Position numbers and translations under genes: made by a program. Positions 1 through 24,734 of a stretch of 64,000 nt of DNA are shown piece by piece. This stretch comes from the human T2T-CHM13v2.0 reference genome, Homo sapiens. The first letter of the stretch is position 1; each line of letters opens with the position of its first letter. The stretch is from the NCBI RefSeq assembly GCF_009914755.1, contig NC_060941.1; one strand, given 5' to 3'. A model generated the notes under the pieces. It saw only the letters and a list, made by a program, of their open reading frames with translations, did no database searches and was not told the DNA's origin.

Positions 1-827
1 ACTGACGAGCTGCATTGGAACCACCTGGAGACACCTGTTAATACGTAGCTGTCTGGGCCCAAGCCCCTCTTCTTGCAGATGAGGCCCCAAGAAGGGGAGT
101 GACTTCTTCAGGGAGCCAGGGCTAATTTAGGACAGGAACTCAAGTCCTGATTCCAAACTTAGGACGAAAAGAAGGGGGAATGAGGAGCAGGAAATGTGTC
201 CAGTTTTGACTCCTCTGATTCCCGTGTATTTTTCCTTTGGCTTCTAATATTAAGAGAAAGGCCCAGTACTATATTAAGAGGAAGACCCAGTACTTTGGAA
301 CAAGGTGGCTTCCTGCTGAGGCTGGGTCTTGTGTGTACTCTGAGGCCTCAGATTGCTGTGGCCGGGCATCTCGGGTCTCCCAGCCACCTGCATAGACCTG
401 GCTCAGGAAAGGAGCTGGGTAGGATCCCAGCTTTAGCATGAGGCAAGAGCTACCTCCTTTGAATGGGCAAAAGAAGGCGGGGAGGAGAGTCCAGGCAGAC
501 AGGTAAACTATGCAGAGCCTGATAGAGTAAGGAGGAAGCCAGGGATAGGCCAGGCTTCAGCTCCGCCCCTGGGCCAGACTAGGGCCTCAGTGGGCAGAGG
601 CAGGAGAAGCTGCCAAGGCCTGGGGAGCCGACCCTCCACAGAAGCTAGCAGGGCCCCGTCAGGATCCACCAGCCCAGGCAGATGCAGCTTTGCCTATGGG
701 CTCCTGCTCGGTGCCAGAGAAATGACCCTGTCCCTCGGGTGATGGGCACTGCATCCTGGTTTCAACAATGTCATTTTATATTATCCCCCCTGCATGCCAT
801 CAAATATTTTCTTTTTTTTTTTTTTAG

Positions 828-929
<102 letters not shown>

Positions 930-1070
930 TAGCTGGGATTACAGGCGCACACTGCCACGCCCAGCTAGTTTTTTTTATTTTAGTGGAAACGGGGTTTCAC
1001 CGTGTTGCCCAGCCTGGTCTGAACTCCTGAGCTCAGGCAATCTGCCTGCCTCGGCCTCCCAAAGTGCTAG

Positions 1071-1226
<156 letters not shown>

Positions 1227-1693
1227 TGAGTGGCACTGGGATTACAAGCGTGCCACCATACCCGAATAATTTTTGTATTTTTAGTAGAGACGGGGTTTCA
1301 CCATGTTGGCCAGGCTGGTCTCAAACTCCTGACCTCAGGTGATCTGCCCGCCTCAGCCTCCCAAAGTGCTGGGATTACAGGTGTGAGCCACTGCGCCCAG
1401 CCAAATGTTATCTTATGGTCACTGCACCAGTATTCATTTGGCTGATTAGAAGTAAGATTTAGGAAGAGTGTAGGAATAGTCTCCTGATCCAAAACTCCCA
1501 TTGTCTAAACGAGAAACTGAGGTCCAGGGAGAGGGAGGACCTGGCCCAGGGCCATGCAGCTATTTAATATGTTTATCATCTTCTCTAGTGGAACACTGCG
1601 GGAGAAAAGTTGCTTGCTTTTGAAATTATTTACATATGCATATATACTTTTTACATATAAAATATGAAATACATATTTCATGTATACATATGA

Positions 1694-2110
<417 letters not shown>

Positions 2111-3148
2111 TGATCCACCCGCCTCAGCCTCCCAAAGTGCTAGATTTACAGGCATAAGCCACCACGCCCAGCCTATAAATTTTTTTTTTTTTTTGAGACA
2201 GAATCTTGCTCTATTACCCAGGTTGGAGTCTTGGCTCACTGCAACCTCCACCTCCTGAGCTCAAGCGATGCTCCACCTCAGCCTCCCAAGTGGCTGGGAC
2301 TACAGGTGCACACCATCACACCTGGCTAATTTTTTTTTTTTTTTTTTTTTCAGAGACAGGGTTTCACCATGTTGCCCAGGCTGGTCTCAAACTCCTAAGC
2401 CCAAGCAATCCACCCACTTTTGCCTCCCAAAGCGGTGGGATTACAGGTGTGAGCCACCGTGCCCAGTCACATGCTTTTTCTGTTTGTTTGTTTGTTTGTT
2501 TGTTTAAGACGGAGTCTTACTCTGTTGCCCAAGCTGGAGTGCAGAAGCATGATGGCTCACTGCAACCTCCGCCTCCTGGGTACAAGTGATTCTTCTGCCT
2601 CAGCCTCCTGAGTAGCTGAGACTGCAGTTGCATGCCACAATGCCCGGTTAATATTTTTGTATTTTTAGTACAGACGAGGTTTCACCATATTGGCCAGGCT
2701 GGTCTCGAACTCCTGACCTCATGATCTGCTGGGACTACAGGCATGAACCACCATGCCTGGCCCCCTACGTGTTTTTAAATCACCAAATTTACATGCTATA
2801 TTTACTGTTTGGCACTTTACTTTTGCATATATCTTAACTAAGATGACTTAATTTTAGTACCTAGTTGCCTCATTCTTTGTATTAGTACATAATATTTAAT
2901 TGGATGGTTGTAGCATAATTTATTTAACCAGCTGCCATGTAGTTCCAAACTTTAGCTATGAAAACAATGCTGCAGGAGAATGGCATGAACCCGGGAGGCG
3001 GAGCTTGCAGTGAGCAGAGATCGCGCCACTGCACTCCAGCCTGGGTGACACAGCAAGACTCTGTCTCAAAAAAATACAATGCTGCAGCCGGGAGCGGTGG
3101 CTCACGCCTGTAATCCCAGCACTTAGGGAGGCTGAGGTGGACAGATCA

Positions 3149-3444
<296 letters not shown>

Positions 3445-3705
3445 TTACCTGTGTACCTGTAGTGTAAATTTCTGAAAGTGGGATTACTGGAACAAAGAGT
3501 TTGTGTATTTCATTTTTTGATAGATATTACCAGTTTGCCCCATAAAGGGGTTGTACCAGTTAACTTTCCCACCAACAAACAAGGTGTGGCAGTGCCTGTT
3601 TCAGACACCTTCATCCCCAGCCTGGACAACATGGCAAAACCACATCTCTACAAAAAATATAAAAATTAGCTGGGTGTGGCGGGCACGCGCCTGTGGTCCC
3701 TGCTA

Positions 3706-3864
<159 letters not shown>

Positions 3865-4126
3865 TCACCCACTTGAGTGATTTTGTTTTGTTTGTTTTGC
3901 CAATCTGATAAGTGGAATGTTCTTTCTCATAGTTTTAATGTACATTTTTAAAACATCCCCCAGGTGGGAGCAGTGGCTCACCCCTGTAATCCCAGAACTT
4001 CAGGAGGCTGAGGCGGGCGGATCACCTGAGGTCAGGAGTTCAAGACGAGCCTGGGCAAGTTGGTGAAACCCCATCTCTACTAAAAATACAAAAATTAGGA
4101 GGGTGGATCATGAGGTCAGGACTTCA

Positions 4127-4387
<261 letters not shown>

Positions 4388-6029
4388 CTAGCACTTTGGG
4401 AGGCCAAGGCGGGCAGATCACCTGAGGTCCGGAATTTGAGACCAGTCTGACCGATATGGAGAAACCCTGTCTCTACTAAAAATACAAAATTAGCCAGGCA
4501 TGGTGGCGCATTCCTATACCAGCTACTCGGGAGGCTGAGGCAGGAGAATCGCTTGAAGAACCTGGGAGGTGGAGGCTGCGGTGAGCCAAGATCGCACCAT
4601 TGCATTGCACTCCAGCCTGGGCAACAAAGGCAAAACTCTGTCTCAAATAATAATAATAATAATAATAAATAAAACATCCCCCTCCCCCTTAATATACATT
4701 TTTCATATTATGAATAAGATTGGCCAGGTGCAGTGGCTCACACCTGTAATCCCAGCACTTTGGAAGGCCGAGGCAGGTGCATCACCTGACTTCAGGGGTT
4801 TGAAACCAGCCTGACCAACACGGTGAAACCCCATCTCTACTAAAAATACAAAATTAGCCAGCCGTGATGGTACACGCCTATAATCCCAGCTACTCAGGAG
4901 GCTGAGGCAGGAGAATCGCTTGAACTGGGGAGGTGAAGGTTGCAGTGAGCTGAGATCAAGTCACTGCACTTTAGCCTGGGCAACAAGAGTGAAACGCTGT
5001 CCCCCAACTCCAAAAAAAAGATTGAGCCTCTGCAATAGAAACCCAGAGGCCCGTCTGTAAGTGGAGTGGGCTTCGGCCCTGGCCCCAGGCTGAGGCACTG
5101 TGTCTCTACTCCCCACCTTGCAGATAAGATGGCTTGGCAGCCGGGACCCTCGGCCCTCCCAGGAGCTGTCTCCTGCAGCCCCTCACCTGGGATGAGTAAC
5201 ATTTATCTGGGGAGACTGGAAGAGGCATGTTTTACTCAGACATCCTGGTTTGTCCTGCTTTTCTCTCCCTGAGGGCTGGGACTTACCCTCCAATGCAAAA
5301 CGGGCAGATTTGCAGCAGGGGAATGGCAAGATGAGACCTGCTTTTATTGGAACTGAGCTGGAACCGATGGGGAGTGGGGAGGAGGCTGCAGCAGGTGGGG
5401 AGAGTGAAAATGAGTGAGCCGAGCAGCCGGATGGACCCAGAGATCCTCAGAGGTGGCCCCACTGGGGACAATGGGGTGAGATAGAACCGAGGGAGAGAAG
5501 CAGACAGGTGACCCCCGGGAGCAGGGAGAGTTGGATGGTGGGTGAGTTGGAGGTTGTTTGTGGGATGGACAAAGGACATGAAGAAATGTTTGTTAGATGA
5601 ATGTCCTCCCAGAGGCTAAAGGAATGGGGTAGTCACATGTCCAACCCAGGATGTGAATGTGGCCAGTCTGGCCACAGCAAGTTAAACTACCTCTGGGGTG
5701 TGTCCTGCTCCTGGCTTCCTGTAATCTGGTTCCTTGGAGGCTAATTAACACAGAGCTAGCTTTGCTCCAGGTTTCCCACCTTGGTGTAGCTCCTTCCATG
5801 CTGTCTCTTGGCTCAGGGATGGATGGGTTGGGGAGCGGGCTCCTGACTGATGGAGGGGGTAGTATGTAGGCTGGAGGCTGGAGAGCTGGGTCCAGCTAAG
5901 CCTAGCCCCCATCCAGGCTTCCAGAGTGTGTTTGCTGCTGGCTTGAGATCAGCAGGTAGTGAACCAGGCCAGGAGGTCATTGCCCTCTCCAGGCCTTGGT
6001 ATTCTAGATCCTTCTCCTCCTTTGGCCCA

Positions 6030-6189
6030 TCTTCCTTCCTTCCTTCCTTCTTTCCTTCCTTCCTTCCTTCCTTCCTTCCTTCCTTCCTTCCTTCCTTCCT
6101 GCCTTCCTTCCTTCCTTCCTTTTTTCTTTCTTTCTCTCTCTCTGTCTCTCTCTCTCTCTCTTTCTCTTTCTTTCTTTCTTTCTTTCTTT
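6030..6189. repeat. Compound (CCTT)n/(CT)n/(CTTT)n polypyrimidine tract at an Alu tail
   Basis: Direct reading. Confidence 0.92.
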
Positions 6190-6414
6190 GAGACAGAGTC
6201 TCACACTGACACCCAGGCTGGAGTGCAGTAGCGCAATCTCAGCTCACTGTAACCTCCGCCTCTCAGGTTCAAAGGATTCTCCTGCCTCAGCCTCCCTGGC
6301 CCATGTTTATTCCAGTGGCTCTTGCCCTCTCTCTCCCACAGTTGCCAATCCCAAATGAAGATATCTCTCAGGGGCAGCAAGAACCCCCATTCTAAGCACT
6401 TTAACCTCTTTTCT

Positions 6415-7153
<739 letters not shown>

Positions 7154-7865
7154 GCCCGTTCTTCCGTAGCAGTTCCAGACAGCCACGGCCACCTGGTCCT
7201 GGTCCTCGGGAGTACCGACACAACTGCCACCCTAAAGGGCACCAGGAACTCTACCTCCATCAGCTCGCAGATGGTCACCGTGGCAGCTGTCTCTAAGGAG
7301 GGTGTTCACTCCTCTTCCACAGATGACAAAACTGAGACTCCAAGAAGCCAAGTGACTTGTGTAAGGACAAACGGTAACCAAGGCGCAGGGGAAGCAGCCA
7401 GCCTTTGCCAGTCTGACTCCAAAGTTCAAGTTCTATGTACACCCCAGGTAGCTTGGCAAACCACCCACTTCTCGAACAGGAAGGCCTCAACCCTGCCGTT
7501 CACAAAGGAGGAAAAAGACAGTGTGTGCAGGCCCCCAGGCACAGGACAGACAAGATTCGGTGCTAGAATATTCAAAGTGATTTTGAAACCCAGCGCCTCT
7601 TAGTAATAACAATACCAGTTTCGGTCATTTGCATAACTTTCTACCGTTAACAAAAGGTATCCCCAGCAGTTAATTACAATGACAAAGAAGGCACAAGGAG
7701 GCCGGGGCGGTGGTTCACGCCTGTAATCCCAGCACTTTGGGAGGCCGAGGCAAGTGGATCACCTGAGGTTAGGAGCTCAGCCTGGCCAACATGGTGAAAC
7801 CCCATCTCTACTAAAAGTACAAAAAATTAGCCGGGTGTGGTGGCACATGCCTGTAATCTCAGCTA

Positions 7866-7973
<108 letters not shown>

Positions 7974-7976
7974 TCA

Positions 7977-8007
<31 letters not shown>

Positions 8008-8408
8008 GAAGGCAGATGGGAGAGAGAATGGTCTGTAGGATCCCTCTGCAGACCCTGGGACGTTTCCTGTGCTCCCACTGGACATGGCTGGGGTGGGTGG
8101 GTGGGTGCTGGGCAGATCCTTCTGGGCCAACTTCCAGGAGCTTCTAGATGAGGGTCCTGAAGTCACAGGCTCTGAGCGTGGGTCTGGGCAGCGCACAGAG
8201 GGCTTGGGTCCCAGTGGCCAGTTCCAGCTCTGCCTGCAGGACCCCAGTGTTGGCGAACATGCCATCGGTTACAGTTCCTGACACCACCTGCTGGACTGGA
8301 TTCCAGGCGGTGTAAACCAGTCTCTGCTCTCAGGGAGGGTCTGAAAGACGACGGATCCTTTGAGGGAGGGAACTGGGAGCCCAGGCCCTCAAGATGGGTT
8401 AGGAGTAA

Positions 8409-9275
<867 letters not shown>

Positions 9276-9405
9276 TGAGCCACCACACCCGGCCTTAGGC
9301 CATCAGGGTTTAAGGAGTGCCAGGAAACTGTTAAAGGAACCTTGGGGGATCTTTCAGAAATATTTAAAAAAAAGATGAGGCTGTGGATATGCCTCCCCAC
9401 CCCTA

Positions 9406-10013
<608 letters not shown>

Positions 10014-10057
10014 CTAAGTAAAGATCATTAGACTGTTTGCAAAATGGAAAGCTGGTT

Positions 10058-10177
10058 GTATAACTGCCCAAGGGGATCACCTTGCCCGCTGCCTAGACAG
10101 CCGATTCATCAAGACAGGGGAATTGCAACGGAGAAAGAGTAATTCACGCAAAGCTGGCTGTGCAAAGACCAGAGTTT
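10058..10177 (-). mobile_element. ERV1 LTR (LTR8-like) 3'-end fragment
   Basis: TATAACTGCCCAAGGGGATCACCTTGCCCGCTGCCTAGACAGCCGATTCATCAAGACAGGGGAATTGCAA matches the recalled reverse complement of the LTR8-type U5 end. Confidence 0.6.
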
Positions 10178-10207
10178 TTTGTTTGTTTGTTTGTTTTTGT
10201 GACATAG

Positions 10208-10423
<216 letters not shown>

Positions 10424-10551
10424 TGATCCACCCAATTCGGCCTCCCAAAGTGCTGGGACTACAGGCGTGAGCCACTGTGCCCAGCCTGTTTGCAGCAGTT
10501 TTGTTTAATAGCTCTAAACTGGAAATAGGATAATTGATAAATAAATTGTAG

Positions 10552-11249
<698 letters not shown>

Positions 11250-11848
11250 GTATTTGTATCTAAAAGGCTATCTAGAGCTGGGTGTGGTGGCTCACACCTG
11301 TAATCTCAGCACTTTGGGAGGCCAAGGCAGGTGAATCACCTGAGGTCAGGAGTTCGAGACCAGCCTGGCCAACATGGTGAAACCCCATCTTTATAAAAAT
11401 ACAAAAATTAGCCAGGCATGGAGCACACACTTATAATCTCAGCTACTCAGGAGGCTGAGGCAGGAGAATTGCTGGAACCTGGGAGGCGGAGGTTGTAGTG
11501 AGCCGACATTGCACCACTGCACTCCAGGCTGGGCGACAGACTGAGACTCTGTCTCAAAAAAAAAAAAAAAAAAAGAGGCTGGGCGAGGTGGCTCATGTCT
11601 GTAATCCCAGTACTTTGGGAGGCCAAGGCAGGTGGATCACAAGGTCAGGAGGGTTTTTTTTGTTTTGTTTGTTTGTTTGTTTTTTGAGACGGAGTCTTGC
11701 TGTCGCCCAGGCTGGAGTGCAGTGGCGCGATCTCAGCTCACTGCAGGCTCTACCCTCTGGGGTTCACGCCATTCTCCTGCCTCAGCCTCCCGAGTAGCTG
11801 GGACTACAGGCGCCTGCCACCTCGCCCGGCTAATTTTTTGTATTTTTA

Positions 11849-12305
<457 letters not shown>

Positions 12306-12396
12306 TTACATGAAGTTCAAAAAGACGAAAATTTCATTTACGGTGTTACAAGTCAGAAGAGCAGTTACCCGTGGTCTAGGAGACTTTCTGGGATAA

Positions 12397-12585
<189 letters not shown>

Positions 12586-12588
12586 TAG

Positions 12589-14035
<1,447 letters not shown>

Positions 14036-15299
14036 CACAGGTGCATATATATACAGAAAAATTCACTGAGCTGGGCGTGGTGGCTCGCACCTGGAATCCC
14101 AGCACTTTGGGAGGCTGAGGTGGGTGGATCACCAGAGGTCAGGAGCTCGAGACCAGCCTAACCAACATGGTGAAACTTCGTCTCTACTAAAAATACAAAA
14201 ATTAGCTGGGCGTGGTGGTGGGCGCCTGTAATCACAGCTTCTCAGGAGGCTGAGGCAGGAGAATCACTTGAAACCGGGAGGTGGAGGTTGCAGTGAGCCG
14301 AGATCGTGCCATTAGAAAAAAAAAAGAACCAGCTCATTAGCACGGGCTTAGTGCCCAGAGGCCCAAGTTCCTGCAGCACTGGTAGTGGTGAGGCCTCCTC
14401 CTCTGGCCACAACCAGGTCATCAAAATTGGGGCTGTCAGGGCAGTTGGGATAGAGGGACACAGCTCCCCAGAATCCTAATCTCCCTGTCCTGCCTCCTGC
14501 TCTTAGGATCCCATGTACTTTTCCAGATTTTCGTGGACCCTGTGAAGAGCGTTAAGTCCTCAGGAGAGCTCCTCTTTTTTTTGGTTGTTTGTTTTTTTTG
14601 TTTTGTTTTTTGAGACGGAGTGTCACTCTGTCGCCCAGGCTGGAGTGCAGTGGCGCGATCTCGGTTCACTGCAAGCTCCACCTTGTGGGTTCACACCCTT
14701 CTCGCCTCAGCCTCCTGAGTAGCTGGCACTACAGGCGGCCGCCAACACGCCCGGCTAATTTTTTGTACTTTATTTTTTATTTATTTATTTTTCTTGAGAC
14801 GGCGTCTCGCTCTGTCGCCCAGGCTGGAGTACAGTGGGGTGATCTCGGCTCACTGCAAGCTCCGCCTCCTGGGTTCAAGCGATTCTCCTGCCTCAGCTTC
14901 CTGAGTAGCTGGGACTACAGGCACCTGCCACCACGCCCAGCTAATTTTTATACTTTTAATAGAGACGGGGTTTCACCATGTTGGCCAGGATGGTCTCGAA
15001 CTCCTGACCTTGTGATGCACCCGCCTCGGCCTCCCAAAGTGTTGGGATTACAGGCATGAACCACCGCGCCTGGCTTGTACTTTTTTAGTAGTGACGGAGT
15101 TTCACTGTGTTAGCCAGGATGGTCTCGATCTCCTAACCTCGTGATCCGCCCGCCTCGGCCTCCCAAAGTGCTGGGATTACAGGCATGAGCCATTGCACCC
15201 AGCTGTTTCTGCAGTTCTCTTACTGGTCGGACCGGCTTCTCCTCTTCTGGGGCGAACCCCTCAAGTCTTAACTCCTCAGAGGGGTCAGAGTAAGATTAA

Positions 15300-15452
15300 A
15301 TACCAATTGCCCAGGCTTCATCGGCTTTTCTTCCCTGCCTCAGTTTCCCCACTGCCTTACTTGTGTTTCCTTGGATTACCTCCCAAATAAACTATCCACA
15401 ACCAAGTCCTTGTTTCAGGGTCTACTTTGGGGAAACCCACACTAAATCTAAG
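15300..15452 (+). mobile_element. ERVL LTR 3' end (LTR16/LTR33 group)
   Basis: CCTCCCAAATAAACTA...CCTTGTTTCAGGGTCTACTTTGGGGAAACCCA resembles the ERVL LTR terminus. Confidence 0.55.
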
Positions 15453-15653
15453 TCTCAGACGCTGGGGAGGCCCTGGTTCTGTGTCCACTCCTGAAGCTGG
15501 GGTCTGGGGTCAGTTCCCCTCTGCCCTGGGTTTCAAGGCTCCAAGATCTCAGTTTGCTCCAGGTTTCTCCCTACATAGATGTCCCAAGAGCCCTCCAAAT
15601 ATAACATCTCTTGGCCGGGTACGGTGGCTCACGCCTGTAATCCCAGCACTTTA

Positions 15654-16286
<633 letters not shown>

Positions 16287-17509
16287 AAACATCTCTTAAA
16301 CCTAACTCACTGTTTTTCTCTTTAAACATGTTTTCCCCCAGACATCCTTCTTCTGCCCTCACTCACTCCCCGGAGGAGCCACATGTTCCTCTCTCACCTT
16401 TGCTCAGCCTGTTCCTCCCTCTTACCTTCTCCAGGAAGGTGGGGATGCTCTGGGCCTCCTGGTTTCTTGGTGAGGGCAAGGAGGGCTCTGCAGCTCCCCC
16501 AGTCCCAAGGGGCTGTCAGGACAAGGTCAGCCCAGTAGAGGCAGCTAATCTGGGCTTGGGGAGTTGGGACAGGGGAGCTTACACGCACAGGCTCACACAG
16601 TGCATATATACACTGTGTACGTGCCCATCTGCGCATACATGGGTGTCTGCACGCATGTACAGGCACACATGGGTGTGTATAGGCACATACAGCACACAAG
16701 AGGATGTGTGTGCACCACGGGCATGCATGATCACTCACAGGTACACATATGTCTAGCTGCAAACAGATCCCCTGGGAGAACTTTGACCAGCCCAGCGATG
16801 GGTGTAGTGAGCTGTGCAGGGAGATTGGGGGAGAGAAAAGAGAGGGGAGGAGAGGGGAGGGAATCCAGGAGACAAGGTGGGTGGAGAGGTTGGGTTGCAG
16901 TTGGGAATCCCAGGAGCTACACTGGCTTCAGTTCCCTTCCTGGGAACTCAGTGTCTCCCTGGGGCTCTGCCCACCAGCAGAGGCATTTGGGGTCAAGAAA
17001 ATCAATGCCATTCTTTTTGAGTGATGGGGTCAGCTGGTTGTCGGTGGACACTGGGGTTATGTAGATGCATGTCCATCTACTTGGGCCAGACCACGCCATG
17101 GCCTCCCACAGCCTCTGTGCAGTGACCATGCCTGCAGGCAGCGGGGTGGAGGACCCTTCCATTGGTCTCCCGTGTCCCTTCCTGAACCACTGGCTTCACC
17201 TTCTGTACTCCCTGCCCAGCGCCTGGCCTGACTCCTACTGATAGCCTGCCCCTGGCTTTGGCTCCCTCCTTGACCATGATTCCCACTCACCCAATAATTA
17301 GCTTGTATCCCATTAACCTTGACCAGGCCCAGACCACATCCCAGGAGCTGGTTTCTGGGTTTGTCTAGGACCACTAGTGGGACCCAGGCTGGAAGAAGTT
17401 CTCATGCTTATGGGGACAGAATTAGGGAAGGAATTCAGAAAAGCTGAGGCAGAGAGAAGCCATTTATAATTAATAGCTCAGGACAAAACTGCGGGCAGAA
17501 TTAGACTGA

Positions 17510-17767
<258 letters not shown>

Positions 17768-18047
17768 TAAGCCGACTCTCCTGCCTCAGCCTCCCCAGTA
17801 GCTGGGATTACAGGCTGATGCCACCACACCCAGCCCGCGCCGGGCTGTTTTTTTGTAAAGACAGGGTTTTTCCCTGTTGTCCAGGCTGGTCTGGAACTCC
17901 TGACTTCAGGCTATCTGCTGGCCTCGGCCTCCCAAAGTGCTGTGATTACAGGAATGAGCCACTGCGCCTGGCCTTTTTGTGTTTTTTGAGACAGGGTCTC
18001 TCTATGTTGCTCAGGTTGGGGTGCAGTGGTGCCCTCCTGAGGAGTAG

Positions 18048-18383
<336 letters not shown>

Positions 18384-18604
18384 TAATTTTTAGAGATGGG
18401 GGTCTCATTGTGTTGCCCCGGCGGGTCTCGAATTCTTGGGTTCAAGTGATGTTCCAGCCTCCACCTCCCAAAGTGATGGGATTACAGGAGTGAGCCATCG
18501 TGCCTGGCTGGATATTTTCAAGCATTACATTAAAAAAATTCTCCACTTACAAGTCAGTGTTTCAGAAACAGCCCCCAGGCTGGTCCTGTTACTCGCAGCT
18601 GTTA

Positions 18605-18832
<228 letters not shown>

Positions 18833-19179
18833 TTAGGTGACAGAGTGAGATTCTGTCTCCATAAAAAAAAAAAAAAAAAAAAATTAAGGCTGGGTGGGGT
18901 GGCTCATTCCTGTAATCCCAGCACTCTGGGAGGCCAAGTCAAGTGGATCACCTGAGGTCAGCAGTTCGAGACAAGCCTGACCAACATGGCGAAACCCCGA
19001 CTCTACTAAAAATACAAAGATTAGCCGGGGGTAGTAGCAGCACACACCTGTAATCCCAGCTACTCGGGAGGCTGAGGCAGGAGAATCACTTGAACCCGGG
19101 AGGGGGACGTTGGCAGTGAGCCGAGATCATGCCATTGGCACTCCAGCCTGGGCAACAAGAGCAAAACTCCGTCTCAAAA

Positions 19180-19222
<43 letters not shown>

Positions 19223-19419
19223 AAAGGGCAGTGATGTTTATGTCAACACAGCATGAGCTCTGAGCAAGGCCATCTGTGGGACACGTCGCACAAGGCGTGC
19301 CACAAAACTAACACCTGACAAATGAGGGCTGCTTTCCCTCCTCCTGTCTGGCCCATGGCAGATTGCAGGCGCCACTGGTTAGCCTGAGTCACGGCAATTG
19401 CAAATGCACCAACTTGGCC

Positions 19420-22085
<2,666 letters not shown>

Positions 22086-22099
22086 TATATATGGAATCA

Positions 22100-22324
<225 letters not shown>

Positions 22325-22843
22325 CTAGAAAGTTGCAGTGAGCTGAGTTTGCGCCATTGCACTCCAGCTTGGGTGACAGAGCCAGACTCTGTCTCAAAAA
22401 AAAAAAAAAAAAAAAAAAATATATATATGGCCTTTTCTGAGTGGCTTCTTTCACTTCACCTAATATTTTCAAGGTTCATTCAAATGGTAGCATGTTGCAG
22501 TACTTCATTCCTTTTTATGCCCATTCCATTGTGTGGATACATCAGAAGCACCTCAATTTGTTTATCTATTCTTCAGTTGGGCGTACGAGGTGCTTCCACT
22601 TTTTTTTTTTTTTTTTTTGAGATAGGATCTTGCTTTGTCACCCAGTGTCATAGCTCACTCACTGCAGCCTCAACAACCTCCTGGGCTCAAGGGATTCTCC
22701 CATATCAGTCTCCCGAGAAGCTGGGACTACAGGTGTGTACCACCATGGTCAGCTAATTTATTTTTATTTATTTTTGAGACAGGGTCTCACTCTGTCACCT
22801 GGCTGGAGTGCAGTAGTGTGATCATGGCTCACTGCAGTCTTGA

Positions 22844-23155
<312 letters not shown>

Positions 23156-23627
23156 TAACTCTTGACCTCGTGATCCACCCACCTTGGCCTCCCAAAGTGC
23201 TGGGATGACAGGCGTGAGCCACCGCGCCTGGCCTAACTGTTGTATTTTTAGTAGAGACAGGGTTTTGCCATGTTGCCCAGGCTGGTCTTGAACTCCAGAC
23301 CTCAAGTGATCCACCCACCTCGGCCTCCCAAAGTGCTGGGATTACAGGCGTGAGCCACTGCGCCCGGCCAACTTTACCCATTTCCACCTTTGATGTGTGC
23401 AGTAAAATGCATTCTTGCTGGTGATTTGCGGTCTTGGGCTTCTGGGCCAAGCGGAGTTTTGCCTTGGACGCATGCGCAGCAGATGATGGCCCGTGTTTTT
23501 TGTACGTGTGTGTTTTGCATTAAGGAAGGAAAGTGATGACCTTCACGGGTCAGCATCTTTCCCTGAGTCTCCTCTCTTAAATGAATACTTGAGATCCCAA
23601 GTGGCTTATCATGAGTTTTCCTCTATA

Positions 23628-23748
23628 TCAAGGGTCTGTGAACTCTGGCCTGCTGGAAGCATGGCTGATGGCCTGTTTTTTTTGTTTTTTTTTGGCCCCT
23701 GAACTAATAACGGTTTTCACATTTGTTTGTTTAAAAAAATACATTTCT
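23628..23748 (+). mobile_element. MER58-like hAT-Charlie 5' fragment
   Basis: CAAGGGTCTGTGAACTCTGGCC...GCCTGTTTTT...AACTAATAACGGTTTTCACATTT resembles the MER58 consensus. Confidence 0.5.
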
Positions 23749-23869
23749 GGCTGGGCGCGGTGCCTCACGCCTGTAATCCTAGCACTTTGGGAGGCCGAGG
23801 CGGGTGGATCACCTGAGGTCGGGAGTTTGAGACCAGCCTGACCAACATGGAGAAACCCCATCTCTACTA

Positions 23870-24028
<159 letters not shown>

Positions 24029-24618
24029 TCAAAAAAAAAAAAAAAAAAAAAAAAAGAAAGAAAGAAAAGAAAAAAAGAAAAAAAAAAGATTGATTTCCCC
24101 ACCTCCCCACCTCTTCCACGAGTTCCCCAAGCCCTGCAAGATGACTTCGATGGGATACAATTGTTTCCACCTCATCACAGCAGAATGATAATGCCTATAG
24201 CCTGTCAATGGCAAGTTCTCGAATGTGTGGGCACCAGGAACACACCCCGGAAGCCACATGTCCTTGCCCCAAGGGAAGGGCCCTGGAGAGCAGAAGAGAG
24301 GAGGAAAGTTGAGCCTCTTCCCCTTTTCCGTCCTCCTTCCTCCTGCCCTGATTCTGCCCACAGAGGAAGGGTCTGAGCTAGAGGAACCTGGACAGTGAAT
24401 CCACACCCTATGGACAGATGAGAAGACCGAGGCCAGAGACAACGCAGGGTCCGGCCCCTGGTCCTATGCCTGATGCCTCTCACTGGAGACCCCTCCCCCA
24501 CTTCAAGGTCGCCCCTAGAAGGCAAACGCTGAAGCCAAGTGTTCTTGGAGCGTCTCTTGGTGGACGCTTCGGCCCTGCCACGGAACGGCCCCTTAGTGAA
24601 GGTTCTCAGCTTAGACTT

Positions 24619-24637
24619 CAGCGCCACCTGGTGGCCA
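24619..24637 (-). promoter_or_regulatory. CTCF core motif
   Basis: Minus strand reads TGGCCACCAGGTGGCGCTG versus canonical TGGCCACCAGGGGGCGCTA. It lies in a repeat-free, CpG-containing segment (~24090-24730). Confidence 0.75.
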
Positions 24638-24733
24638 CCGGGCATCAGACCTGGGACTTGCCTCGAGGGCTGCCAGAAACTTGAGTTTGTCCACTCACAT
24701 CACTGCATCCCGTGGAGAAGTCCCAGTGCCGAC

Positions 24734-24734
<1 letters not shown>

